A stretch of DNA of 64,000 nucleotides from Cycas panzhihuaensis (Eukaryota > Plantae > Cycadophyta), in the NCBI GenBank assembly GCA_023213395.1, contig CM041465.1, positions 52,211,741 to 52,275,740 on the forward strand. Direction: 5' to 3'. This document shows, piece by piece, positions 1-12,413 of this stretch. Position 1 is the first letter of the stretch; every line of letters begins with the position of its first letter. The translations under genes were made by a program, and so were the position numbers. The notes beneath the pieces were generated by a model. That model worked only from the letters and a program-made list of their open reading frames with translations. It was not told where the DNA came from and did not search any database.

Positions 1-477
1 GCTCTTTGAAGTTGAGGTTACATATATGTCCTAGAAATACGGTGACGAAAAAAAAGCAAGCTGAAATTAATTTTGCTGCAATTTTCATACTTTCACCCCA
101 AAATCTATTGTGCAACCATTGGAATTTTATAGAATGAGCTATTTTCTCTCAATTTCGCCATTACTTTTCAAAAATTTCAATGTTATGGCACCTCCCAAAT
201 CACTGCTCTAATACCGAATAAAAACACCTTTCGCAACCTGGGCACTCTGATACCATCTTGGAAAATAGAACCTACAATAAGATATTGGAAAACATAATAT
301 AACACCTCCACATGATTGAACGGTACCCTTAAGGTACCTCTATTATATTAATGAAACATCATTACCACATCATGCAATATGATACACTATGTTGTGTATT
401 TATAATACATGCTAATATAGTGAGAATGGAACCCACTTGCATATGGGACAAAACGAATATGCATTTATATTCCAATA
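1..477 (-). mobile_element. 5' end (5' LTR 256-477, tRNA-iMet PBS 244-255, leader) of an LTR element of the same family as 14801-17946; continues left of the window
   Basis: Reverse complement of 256-477 aligns along its length with LTRs 14801-15024 and 17724-17946. PBS TGGTATCAGAGT on - strand. 1-240 aligns with leader ~15075-15315. Confidence 0.85.
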
Positions 478-615
478 GAATTCTATTAACTTTTATAACT
501 CAAGTCACTTAGAAATTATATAAAAGTTTAAATTTATTAAATAAAAAACTATAAGAGGATGTAAATAATAAAATATGAAGTACTAGGAAGTATGAGGATC
601 ACCCTCATTCCAACA
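478..615 (-). repeat. probable LTR terminus interrupted by the element at 1-477
   Basis: Ends ...CATTCCAACA (TGTTGGAATG on - strand), a typical Copia LTR terminus; no partner in the window. Confidence 0.35.
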
Positions 616-1044
616 CTTTGTCTCAAACTAAATTCTTAGGAATCTTTATTTCAATATTAAAATTCTCCAAGTTGTTTCAATCCACATAGTTCCTTTTGAC
701 ATTAGTAAGCTCTCATGCCTTATCTTGCTTATTGTAGGGGTCTGATTGGGTGTCTGCAATAAGTAAATAGATTAATTGATATAATGATTAGATGATTGTC
801 TGGTGTGATTGTGCTTATGCATGTTTTAAATCATTGCCTATGATGTATACATCTTAAAGTTCTCATTTATCTGATACTCTCAAGCTTATTTCAAAGCTTA
901 GCTCTAACTCTTTTTAGTATTTTTTTATGATTTGTTATACTTATTGTTTATTAACTAATTGCTTTCATTATGCCCTCATTTCAAATTTTTACTTGATTTG
1001 TCCCCTCATTAGCCTTGTCATTTAATCATGAAAATTAATCTCAT

Positions 1045-1078
1045 TATCTATCTATCTATCTATCTATCTATATATCTA
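1045..1078. repeat. (TATC)n microsatellite
   Basis: Direct read tatctatctatc... Confidence 0.9.
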
Positions 1079-2029
1079 AATTATTTTAAAAAATAAATTT
1101 TACTATTTCATCAAATCCTATTTGTTGTGATTTTTCTTGTTTATCTTAGTTTGGTATTTCCTAAAACCATGACATTCTTAATAAACTATAATAATTTTTA
1201 AAAGTCTTAGTCTTAGTTATTTTTTAAATGTCACAATTTTCATTGTTCATCATGGTTTTTGATTTTTAAGTATGAAAAAAAATATAATGATAAGTCATTT
1301 TCTCTTACCATATGAACATTATTTCTCACGAAACTTTGACCCAGTTTTCTCTATTTTTTCCAACACCATTCATTCTCATTTCTCTTATAAATACCTATAT
1401 GTTTCTTAAGTAAAAGAGGGATCAAGTTTTGTATAACTAAGTGCAACTAAAATTTCACCTTAATCTCTTACATCCCTTTGGCATTCTTTGAGTGACTTCT
1501 TGGAAGTAAAGACTAGACCTTTGTTCAGTGATTTTCAAGGCTTGGTACTATATATACCTGAAGAGAAAATATAATCATGGAAGCAATTGATTAATAGAAC
1601 TTTAAACCATACAAAGAATAAATAACATAAATAAACTAAGTATATAGCAAAGAACATTAGGAGATTTTGGTCTAAGTATAGACCTTTTATTAATCTAAGT
1701 AATAGCTAAAGAATTATAGAGATAAAAACCCTAACTCTTCTCATCGACTCATCAAAGATTTATCCAACCTTCTTACATGTGCCATTGCATAAGAATATAT
1801 AGATACAAATGTATAATATACTACATTGCGGCTTTTTAATATAATGGACATAAACCATGGCTCGAAAAGGACCACATAAGACACTACTAAAGGGTTAAGG
1901 TGTAATACTTATACCCATGTAACACTTGCAAAGTGTTCAACATGTCTAATAATCTCCTACTTTTTGAAAACTTTACAAAAAACCTACATACATGAATATT
2001 GAATACTAAAATCATAAATACCCATTACC

Positions 2030-5000
2030 TTTCTACACCATCTAGATTTTTCTATGCTAATAATCTTGGTTAATGAGTTTGTAATATTCTCCTATGTAGC
2101 AATCTTCTACAAGTCCACCTTATGGTACTGAACTATTTTTCTCACAAAATGAAACTACACATCAATATGCTTCAATTAGGCATGAATGTGGGATTCTATG
2201 ATAGGTATATTACACTTTGACTATCACAATCTACCCTTACAATATCTTGGTTGAAGCTAATATCTATGCATAATCTCTATAACCAAACCACTTTCTTACA
2301 TGCATGAGTAACTACCATGTACTCTACTTCTATGCTAGAAAGTGCCACAATTTGTTGTTTTTTTCTCATCCAATTGACTACATCACCACAAAGAGTAAAA
2401 AGATACCTACTTATAGATCTTCTACTATCAAGATCTCTAGCCTAATTAGCATTGATAAATCATCTCAGGTTCACTATTATGCTCTTCATGTAATCTCCTT
2501 AGTGGCAAATTTCATAGTCTGATGTAAATTGTAGATACGTAAAAATCATTTTCATAACTATTTAATGTTCCTTGACTGGATTTGATATACACCTGCTAAC
2601 TACTCCCACTACATTAGTAATGTCTATTTGAGTGCAAATTATTGCATATATTAAACTACCAACAATACAGCATAAGGGATAAATACCATGTCTTTAATTT
2701 CTTAGCGAGTCTTTAAGTATTATTCAACTGATAATTTTAAACCAATAGGAAGAGGAATATGAATTGGTTTGTTATCCTATAAACTAAACCATTATAATAT
2801 TATCTCAATGTATTACCTTTGGCTAAGCTAAATCTTCCTATTTTTCTTATCCTTTTTTATCTCAATGCCTAAAATAAAATATGTAGTATCGAGGTCCTTT
2901 ATATTAAAATGAGATACCAATTAAACTTTCACATGTAGGTTCTTTTCTTTATTGTTAGCAACTACAAGTATATCATCAATATATAAAGTCAAAATAACAA
3001 AGTAATAACCACCCTATTTATAATAAATATAATGATATATTTTGTTATGCATAAAGCCATCCATCAATATATATAAATTGAACTTCTGACACCACGTCCT
3101 TGTTGACTATTTCAAGCCATATAATAATTTTTTTAACCTACATACTATATTCTTCTTCCTTGCAACTTTAAAACCTTTAGGTTATAACATATAAATTTTT
3201 TTCTCAAGGTCACCATAAAGAAACATAGTCTTCATATCCATCAAATCCACCTCAAGATCATAGGCAACTACTACAACCAATAAAATTCTAATTGAAGCTA
3301 TCTTTGTAATAAGAGAAAACACCTCACTAAAATTTATTTCATTGACCTGGAAATAACCCTTTGCTACTAAGCAATCCTTGTACTTTTCTATAATACTATA
3401 TGATTGAAACTTCTTCTTAAAGACCTATTTATTATCAACAAGTTTTCTGCCATTAAATAGATCCACTAAATCCCATGTATTATTTTTATCTAAGGCTATC
3501 ATTTCTTCTTCCATGGCCTTTATCTAGAATTGGCTCTCTTTTAACTCTAGAGCTTTGAGAACAATACCTGGATCATCATATATAGAAGATAAAATAAAAG
3601 AGAAGTGATAAAAGTCTTCAAGAATATACCTATCAGGTTATCTTCTCTTACGAGTTGATCTCCTCAAGATGTGGAGTTCTTAAGATTGCCATACCTCTAC
3701 AACTAATCCTTCCTCTTTATATGACTCATATTTTGATGTAAAATATTCATCAGTTACCTTAAACTATACTTTCTTAAAGTTTTCCTCTTTTGGTTTTTCA
3801 TCTTACTTTATAACATCATGATTATACATAACTTTCTATGTTTTAGGGTTGCAAAGTGTGTATCAATTAACACCATCATCATAGCCAATGAAAATAATCT
3901 TTTGAGCTTTGAAATCAAGCTTAGTCCTCTATAGGCTAGGAGTATGTATAAAAACTTCACGACCAAAAACTCTAAGATGACTAAGAGATGGTTTCTTACT
4001 AGACCATATTTCTTCAAGCAGTTTATATATTAAGGTAGTCACTAGTGATCTATTTATTAGATAGCTTGTAGTTATCATAGCCTTAGCCTAGAATTTCTTA
4101 TCTAAACTAGTAGCATTGAGCATACTCCTCGATTTCTCTAATAATGTCTTATTCATCCTTTTAAAAACTCTATTTTATTATGGAATATAGGGAGTTTTCT
4201 TTTGCCTTCTTATCCCACACTTCTTATAAAACTACTCAAACTCCTTTAAGTAAAACTACCTCCATTATCAATCCTCAGAACCTTGATTCACCTGTCACTC
4301 TGATTCTCGACCAAGGCCTTGAATTCTTTGAATTTATTAGAGACCTTAGATTTTTGCCTAAGCAAGTACAACCATGTTTTTCTTGAGAAATCATCTATGA
4401 ATAAGATAAAGTATTTAGACCCACCTAATAAGGGTACATCAACAAGTCCAAAAACACCAATGTGTACTAGTTACAAAATACCTTTTACTCTCTTTAAACT
4501 TAAAGGAAAACTAACTTATTTTTGTTTGCCATACACACAATACTCACAGAAATTAAAAATAGTAGAGTTATTAATTTCAAAGATATCTTCTATTATACCT
4601 TTAGAAAATAAATCATAGAGGCATTTCTCTATAGTATAGCCTAATCTCTGATGCCATAACATAGTTTTACCAGTAAGTGATACTTGGGTGTTGCCTGCAT
4701 TATTATTACTTTCCATCATAGTTAGACTGTAATTATTAACACACACCATGCTTGTATCAAACTTATACAACATTCCAATCAGATCCCTCTTGCTAATACT
4801 AATGCTTCTTGACCTATTCTATAATTATAAATCACTTCTATTCTTGCATCACCTAATTAACTAATAGATAATATATTCATAGCCAAGTTAGGAATATGAC
4901 TCATACTAGGGATAATTTTAATTCTTTTATTCCCATACCAAATCTTCATCCTTCCACAACCTATAATTTTATATGAGTAATGATCCTTAAGGAATACTTC

Positions 5001-5344
5001 ACCTCCATCAATACTTTTGTATTTATAAAATCACTCTCTACGAGGAGTAACATGAAATAAGACACTAGAGTTAATTAACGAAGACTCAATATTTGACAAC
5101 TTACTTGGGGTTACCAAATAAATATTGCCATCAACTTCATCGAAGGCTTTTACTACTATAGAAAAAGTAACTTCAAGTGATTTCCCTTGTTAACCTTGGC
5201 TCAACACTGGCTATTCAAATGGCTAGCGTTCTTATATCTCTAACATATTAAGAGGCCTTTACTTGGGGATTTAGATTTCTTTTTGGATTTTGGTTATCTA
5301 TTCCTAAGCCTTTATTGGTCATGATCTAATGTTTGATCTCTCAC
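2030..5344 (-). pseudogene. pol: Copia A pol remnant (protease, GAG-pre-integrase, integrase, RT, RNase H)
   Basis: - strand motifs LINSSVLFHVT (PR), LWHQRLGY...FCEYCVYGKQ (pre-IN/Zn), MDMKTMFLYG and YIDDIL (RT), KHIDV (RH); many stops. Confidence 0.9.
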
Positions 5345-5932
5345 TGTTACAAACCTCCGTAAAGGGATTACATAATTGTTAATTAAAGTGAAAGGGCATC
5401 TCTAAGAGTTGTAACTTATTAAAAAATGCCTATCATGCACTTATAAATAAAGCCTCCAGTGTATTGAAGATCATCACTTATTTTTATCAATCAATTGTAT
5501 GGTCTTTTGACTATAAATCTCTTTTAAAGTTCTCTGGTGCATTCAATATTTGGTCTCCTTCTCAAGTTACAGAGTAGGTCCGTAACAAGTGGTATAAGAG
5601 AAAACTTCCTGTTATGTGGGAAGCTATATCATATGAAGAATCTATTTTGGAAATCTAAAAGACAAGTGTGAAGCCAAGTAAAAGGTACATGTTTTCGTCA
5701 TTTCCAATCTTCTGTCACTCTTAGCTCTCTTCTTAATTGCCGTGCCTTCTTAGTCATAAACACTACATTTGATTTCATCTTAATCCACTCTTGCAGTTTT
5801 GCTATTGTATTAAGTTTTAGATGTCACATTTTACAATTCCCCTTCACATCACAAGCATATCGCGTTCCCTTGGTCTTTTGTCCTAGTCCCACTCTTGCAG
5901 TTTTGTCATTCTTGTCATTGTATTTATTTGGA

Positions 5933-6215
5933 GTATTCTCATTGTTATGCTATACATTCTCATTGTTGTGCGTACTATAATTTTCTTGCTATGTTGGTAT
6001 TCTCGTTGCTGTACGTACTACAATCTCGTTGCATTGTATTCTCGTTACTGTAATTATATTTATAGTATTCTCATTGCTGCTATGTACTACAATTTCTCGT
6101 CACTATATTTATAGTATTCTCATTGATGCTGTGTACATAAGAGTTCTCATCACTGCATTTATTCAGAGCATTCTCATCACTATTGCATACATGTCACTAT
6201 GGCATTCTCATTATT
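5933..6215 (+). repeat. degenerate tandem array (core ATTCTCRTTG, ~20-30 bp units) in Gypsy leader
   Basis: About a dozen ATTCTC(A/G)T(T/C) cores in series. Confidence 0.75.
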
Positions 6216-7255
6216 GTTTCTGTAGTCTATCCTATCGCATATACTATTCACATCCTATTTGACCTTCTATCATTCTCTATTCTTTTCACTATATACATCC
6301 TAGATTGCATCTCACATCCTATACACATTCAATCATTTGTCATCTTGTAAAACCCACCATCTATGCTATCTACGCTCTGTCCTCCCACGTTCTTAGGTGA
6401 TGTCTGCTATATCGTCTATGTCGTGTATGCTTCATCCTATTGGACTTCCTAAACATATGCTAAATTAACTCTCATATATTTCAAGAAACGGTCCATCCTT
6501 GCATCATCATCTATCCTTTTAAATCAAGCATTATATCTAAGTACCTTTAAGTCAAGTTGCGTAGTTGAGTTAATCAACATCAAAAAGTTATACACACACT
6601 TATAAAGGTATATTTACATAGAAATACTTTTTGATATATACCAAAGTCCTCCTTAAAATCATATATATTAAAGTTTTAAAAATGATCTACGTGAGCCTTT
6701 TAATGGTGTCCAATAATTATCGTGTGGATATATAAAGGACACCGTCACAAAGATTATATAATCAATTACTAAAATTGTAAACCTGTCACAGGTTCATATA
6801 TAAGCATACCATACATCGAAGGATACTGTGAGAGTACTTATAAATTTGACGGCATATATTATATCTAAGATATTACACTCTCACAGTCAATACACAACTA
6901 TATATGCACTACGAAACATCACACCCTCTATTCCTTGTTCATCTATAGGATTTGGTATTGACAATCTTCAGTTTCTTCTTCGACGGTGGTGATATATCAG
7001 TTAAATATTAGGTAAAGGGAAGAACTATAAGGCCCTAAGGCTTATTTTAGCCCTATACTGAGACTCACATATACATATTCAATCAATTTAATATCCTTTG
7101 GATACTGAATAATTGATCGATTTTGTCATTTATACATGAGTGTGACCTATTTGAAATACATCTAGTAGTATCAAAGTGAGTTGGAATATTATTTTGAGGT
7201 CAGCCTAATCACGATAGTCAAGCAGTGGAACCGTACATATATAATTATTAAAGTA

Positions 7256-8983
7256 ATGAATACGAAAGATATGACAGATAATACCATACAAAAAGATATT
7301 ATCAAACTGATCACTCAAGCAGTCCACGAAGTAGTTCAGACATTAAATGCTCTTTTAAATCATACTTTACATCATATTTTGGATAAATTGACGATCATAG
7401 TAGCAAGCAAGAAAGAAGATATGATTATTCCAGATTTAGAGGATGAGGCAATGAGTCAATAATCTCATATTAGTAATCAAACCGTTAAAAAATATTCCAG
7501 TCCTTAGATGACTCCAATTAATATTGAGAATGAAGCTATCAAAAAATATCTTAACGAGTATCGTAATCTAACCCCTAAATAATAGAAGATAGTGGGTTTT
7601 CAAGTATATTTCAATTGCTTACAAAATATCTAAACATAGAAAAAGAAAAAGTGAGGAAAAATAACTATACAACATTTCAATATAGAGCAAAAATTGTATG
7701 AGTTGAGAGTGTGGATCCAACAAATAGAAAACTACTTTTGCTTAATAGAAATTGAGCCAACAGAGTAAGTTCCATTAGCCACCTTACATATGGATGGGAT
7801 AGCATATGAATGGTGGCAGTGTTTTGAATGAACCTCTTTTTGAGATTAACTACCAACCTAGAAAGAATTCGTATGTTTATTCATTAAGCGATTTGAAACC
7901 GTATCTAATTGCGATTATTATTTTGAGTTACAAAAATTAAAGTAAACTAGTTCTGTGGAAGAATACAATGTAGCATTTATGAGGCTAAGCTACATGTTAG
8001 AAGGTATTCTAACTGATCAACTTATCCAGTTATATATAGATGGTCTGATAATAGAGATCCAAGCTGATGTCAAAATTGAAGAACTAAAGGACCTTAACAA
8101 GGTAATACAGTTAGCTAAAATACATGAAGATAAACACAATGCCTTACATAAAATAGGCACAGATCTTTATATTCCTCTACCTAGTCGATATAATCTTTTA
8201 CCAAGTGCTCAACATAGATATGTATCAATCAACCTGAACTAACCTGCTAAACCAATCATTCAAAAAATAAAACCAAGGCAAGAAGAGTTAAGAAGAAGAA
8301 ACTAATGGTTCATATGTGAGGAGAAGTGGGAACCTAGGCATAGATGTCAAAAGAACCAGTTATATACAATCAGATTACTGCAAAATGACAATATTGACGA
8401 AGAAGAACAAGGATTAGAAAATAATCAAGGAAATTATTATCATGTAGAACATCAAGAGAGCCACAGTAATCTCGAGGTCAACCATCTGCCAATGTCACTA
8501 TCATTTATGAGCAATTTCAATCAATCAAATACCTTAAAATTACAAGGAACTATGAAAAATCAAGTTGTAATAATCTTGATAGATTCAAGTAGCACACATA
8601 ATTTTATTAATCGAAACTGCACATAATAATTGAGGTTATTTCCATTAAGGACTCCTTGTTTCCATGTCACTATTGGAGGAAGATAGGTAATCTCTGACCA
8701 AGGTATAATGAAGAACCTTAACCTCACATTAAACGATGTCAACATTATAGAAGATTTCTATGTCCTCGATGTCGGAGGTGTAGATATTGTATTGGGTAGT
8801 CAATGGCTTAGTACACTTGGAACCTTCGAAATGAATATGGATGAACAATTCTTACGATTTAAGAAAGAAGGAAGAACCATCACATTATCAAGAAAAGGAT
8901 TTAACAAAACTAAAGTCATATCAGGTGAGAATCAGGATGAAGAAGTCAAAAAGCAACCACAAGCACTCCAAAAGCATAGTTGA
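7256..8983 (+). pseudogene. gag: Gypsy gag-protease remnant
   Basis: WIQQIENYF..ATLHMDGIAYEWW (Gag), SVEEYNVAFMRL, FICEEKWEPRHRC (Zn knuckle), LIDSSSTHNFI and DIVLGSQWLSTLG (retropepsin). Confidence 0.88.
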
Positions 8984-9377
8984 GAATTCCAACCAGAAGA
9001 ATCTTCCAATAAATACCTGTAGCATTCATCTAATCATCTAATGGACTTTATTGCAATGAAGGACAATGTATGTTTAAGGGATTATAATCGTTCAACTATG
9101 TTTCATGGGCGAAACATCTTAAGGGGGAGGAATTGTTACAGACCTCCTTAAAGGGATTAAGTAATTATTAATTAAAGTGAAAGGGCATCTCCAAGAGTTA
9201 TAACTTATAATTGAAAAGGCCTATCATGCACTTATAAATGAAACCTCTAGTGTATTAAAGATCATCACTTATTTTTATCAATTAATTGTATGGTATTTTG
9301 ACTATAAATCTCTTTCAAAGTTCTCTGGTGCATTCAATATTTGGTCTCCTCCTCAAGTATGGAGTAGGTATGTAACA

Positions 9378-9974
9378 CTTGCTACTAGTGCTTCTTTCAA
9401 ATGATCTTAAGAAGATTTTTTCCTTGTCTCTTTTGATAGCAGGGTGGCAACAACAATATCAAAATTTAAGGTGTTAGTAGTTGTGCTTCTAATCATTATC
9501 ATAAGATTATCCTAAGAATAAGGAAGTAAATATAATAGGGTAATATGCTTGTCTTCCTTAGATATTATCACCCAAACTAAAATAAGTTAGCTCACCATGG
9601 TGTTAAATATAGTAAGATGATTTACAACTATATCTCTATCACTCATCCTGAGTGAATATAGTTTTTTTTTAAAGAAATAGCTTATTAATCAAGGACTTAG
9701 TTTGATACAGGGCCCCTAACTTATTTCACAAATCTTTGGTTGTAGACTATGTAGTAATATTTAATAACATCATATCTAAAAGGTATAACCTTATTGAACT
9801 GATTGCTTTTTAATCAAGCTTCTTCTAGCCTTTATCATCCACATTTATAGACTTTGTTTTTATTACAACAATCAATTAATCCTTTTTAATGAGAATATCT
9901 TCCATATTTAGCTTCCACAACTCAAAGTTCTACTCATTGAACTTTTTAATCTCTATTTTTGTAGTGCTTGCCAT
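9378..9974 (-). pseudogene. gag: Copia A gag N-terminal part
   Basis: ATG at 9974: MASTTKIEIKKFNE*NFELWKLNMEDIL, typical Copia Gag start. Confidence 0.88.
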
Positions 9975-11269
9975 AATATTTGCACTCAAGTTCACCAAAC
10001 AAGGATCCCACTTGTCAAATGGATTCCAACAGAACTAAAACCCTTAACTTTGATACCAAATAAAGAGAAAATATAATCACAAAAGTAATTTATTAACATA
10101 TAATTTTTCTTAGGTGTAACACTTATATCCATGTAACACTTGCAAAGTGTTTAACATATCCAATACTACCCAAATTTAAAACTTATTTTATCTTTTGGTT
10201 TCCTTTCTCTCTTATTCCTCTCACTCTCTTTTATATAACTTTTTTATATTAGTGTTATTTTCACCCTTAGAAGAACTTGGTTGTATCTTTCTCATTTTGG
10301 AGCTTAGCTTAGAGGAACTTGGACTTGTCATGGCACTAATCTAAGGCACCTCTTCATAATCTTCTTTATGGTTTTATTTGATTAGTAAGATTATACTCTT
10401 TTAGTTATAATTTTTTCTTATTAGGTTCATGTTAGAACTTAAGATGATTATGGCTTATATTGTGAGCTAAAATGATAGTAATTCAATTAATTTTTTATTT
10501 ATTTTAAAGTTTTAAATTAGTATTTACTTAACATAGCTATTTATATCTAAGAGTAGAGACCCTTTTCTTAAAAGTTTCAACTCTCAACTTGAGGAGAAGT
10601 CAATATATATAGCCTTAGTGCTAGTAAACTTTCCCTAAGGAGGTAAGTAACTTAGCTTAGGGACTCTATAAGGAAGTCTTATACCCTTCTGCATAAGGTT
10701 CTAAGCTCTTTAATCCCTTGTATTTTATCACAATTCTCTAGAAGTAGTAAAAATGTTATTGGAATTATGTTAGATCACTTAGTTGCCTTTATTTTCTATG
10801 AAGAAACATAAAATATGTATGCATTTTGAACTATAAGATCTTAATCATATACAACAAGTAAATAATAAAGAACATAGGTATACTATACACAATATTTTAT
10901 GTGAGAAACTTTTTTTGGAAAAAACCCATTACAAAAGATGGTTTGATCAGATTGATAATTCTTAGATGATTTATAATGGACTTTGAGGTTATTTATAATC
11001 TTCCAAATGGTATGTCTAACTTGAATATTTGTGATCCTCTATAATTTTTACAACTTTTAGTTTTACATTAACTAAACCATATTTTAAGATTAATTAAGTG
11101 AATTAGCCTTAATTTCTTGGTAAACATCCCCACTTAATATAAATATGGGGATTTAATCTATAACTTAAAATCATCAATGAAAGTAGGAGTTATCCTTATT
11201 CATACATCCTCCCTTAAGGATAACTTCTCTAAGTCCCAATTTAATATGAATCTTAGCAAATTAATCTTT

Positions 11270-12413
11270 AATAAGCACTTTGGTAAACATATTTATAAGT
11301 TACTTCTCACTCAAACAAAAGTTGAACTACAACTTCCTTGTTTTGGTCTATTTACAAATATAGTGGTGTCAAATTTTAATATGCTTTGATAAATAAATAA
11401 TGCTCTAGTTATTCACTAAAATAACTAAGGTGCTATAAGATATAACATGGATATCCAAAAGTCTTTGTAACTATATAGCGTCTCTTGTATCAATAGTGAG
11501 TCCCTAATACTTTACCTCTATAGAAGATATTGCTATTGTTTGTTGCTTCTTCATCTACCACAATATAAATTCATTACCAATATGAAATACATATCTAGTA
11601 ATAGATTTTTTTATCAATTGAGTTTCATCTCAAATCTACATTAGTGTACCTATATAACTTTATATATCCATCATGAAAGGACTCCAAACTAAGATTAAGA
11701 GTTCCTTTCAAATATCTTAAAATCTACTTTGTTGTAACCTAATATAGTTCCTGTAAATTTTGCATATAACAAGAGACTAATCTAATAGCATAAATAATAT
11801 TTGGCCTAGTATGAGTCAAATGGATTAGACTCCTAACTAATTGTCTATACAAGATTCCATCTATAATAGGTTGTTTTATATCTTTTAAGAGCTTTGTGCT
11901 TTTGGTGCATGGTCTTTGAACATGTTTGCAGTCCTCTATCTTGAATTTCTTAAAAAGGCTCTTTGCATATTTTATTTGTAACATTAGAATTTTTTCTTCC
12001 ATTTATATTATCTCAATTCTTAAGAAGTAATGTAAAGCCTAGTGATCTTGCATATAAAAAGTTAATCCCAAATTAGATTTTACTTACACAATAGTCTTAT
12101 TATAGTCACCATTGTTGATTAAATCATCAACATATAACATAATAACTACTATTAAGTTCCCTTTTCTTTTAACATACAGATTTGGCTCCAGATCTAAAAT
12201 AACAAATATTTCTTCTTTAAATTTAGCATTAATCTTTGTATACTAAACACATGATGTTTGTTTCAAGTCATAAAGTGACTTTTTTAACTGACAAACAAGA
12301 TGCTCCTAATCTTCTTTAATGAAACCAAGAGGTTGTGTCATGTATATCTTCTCTTTTAACTCTCTATTAAAGAATGCTAATTTTATATCTAATTAGTATA
12401 ACTCCCAACCATA
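11270..12413 (-). pseudogene. pol: Copia B RT (C-terminal part) and RNase H remnant
   Basis: YVDDL, LYRQLVRSLIHLTHTRPNIIYA, KKQQTIAISSIE motifs. Confidence 0.88.

Larger units (their letters stand above)
5345..9377 (+). mobile_element. Non-autonomous Ty3/Gypsy (chromovirus-like) element with gag+protease only
   Basis: LTRs 5345-5587 and 9134-9377 (TG..CA, roughly 90% identical by eye), PBS TGGTATAAGAG 5590-5600, PPT AAGGGGGAGGAAT 9121-9133, TSD CTCAC/CTTGC; no RT/RH/IN between PR and PPT. Confidence 0.93.
1559..10165 (-). mobile_element. Ty1/Copia element A (degenerate, full-length), split by a Gypsy insertion
   Basis: 3' LTR 1559-1951, PPT 1952-1966, internally deleted 5' LTR 10061-10165, PBS-iMet 10047-10058, TSD ATACC/CTACC, Copia domain order gag-PR-IN-RT-RH. 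Confidence 0.93.

Noticed and set aside
690-856. Match to 53710-53878 as the LTR pair of the Gypsy backbone
   Set aside because: Similarity fades after ~170 bp and neighbouring blocks are not colinear
6029-6262. Hydrophobic 77-aa ORF
   Set aside because: Lies in the degenerate leader tandem array
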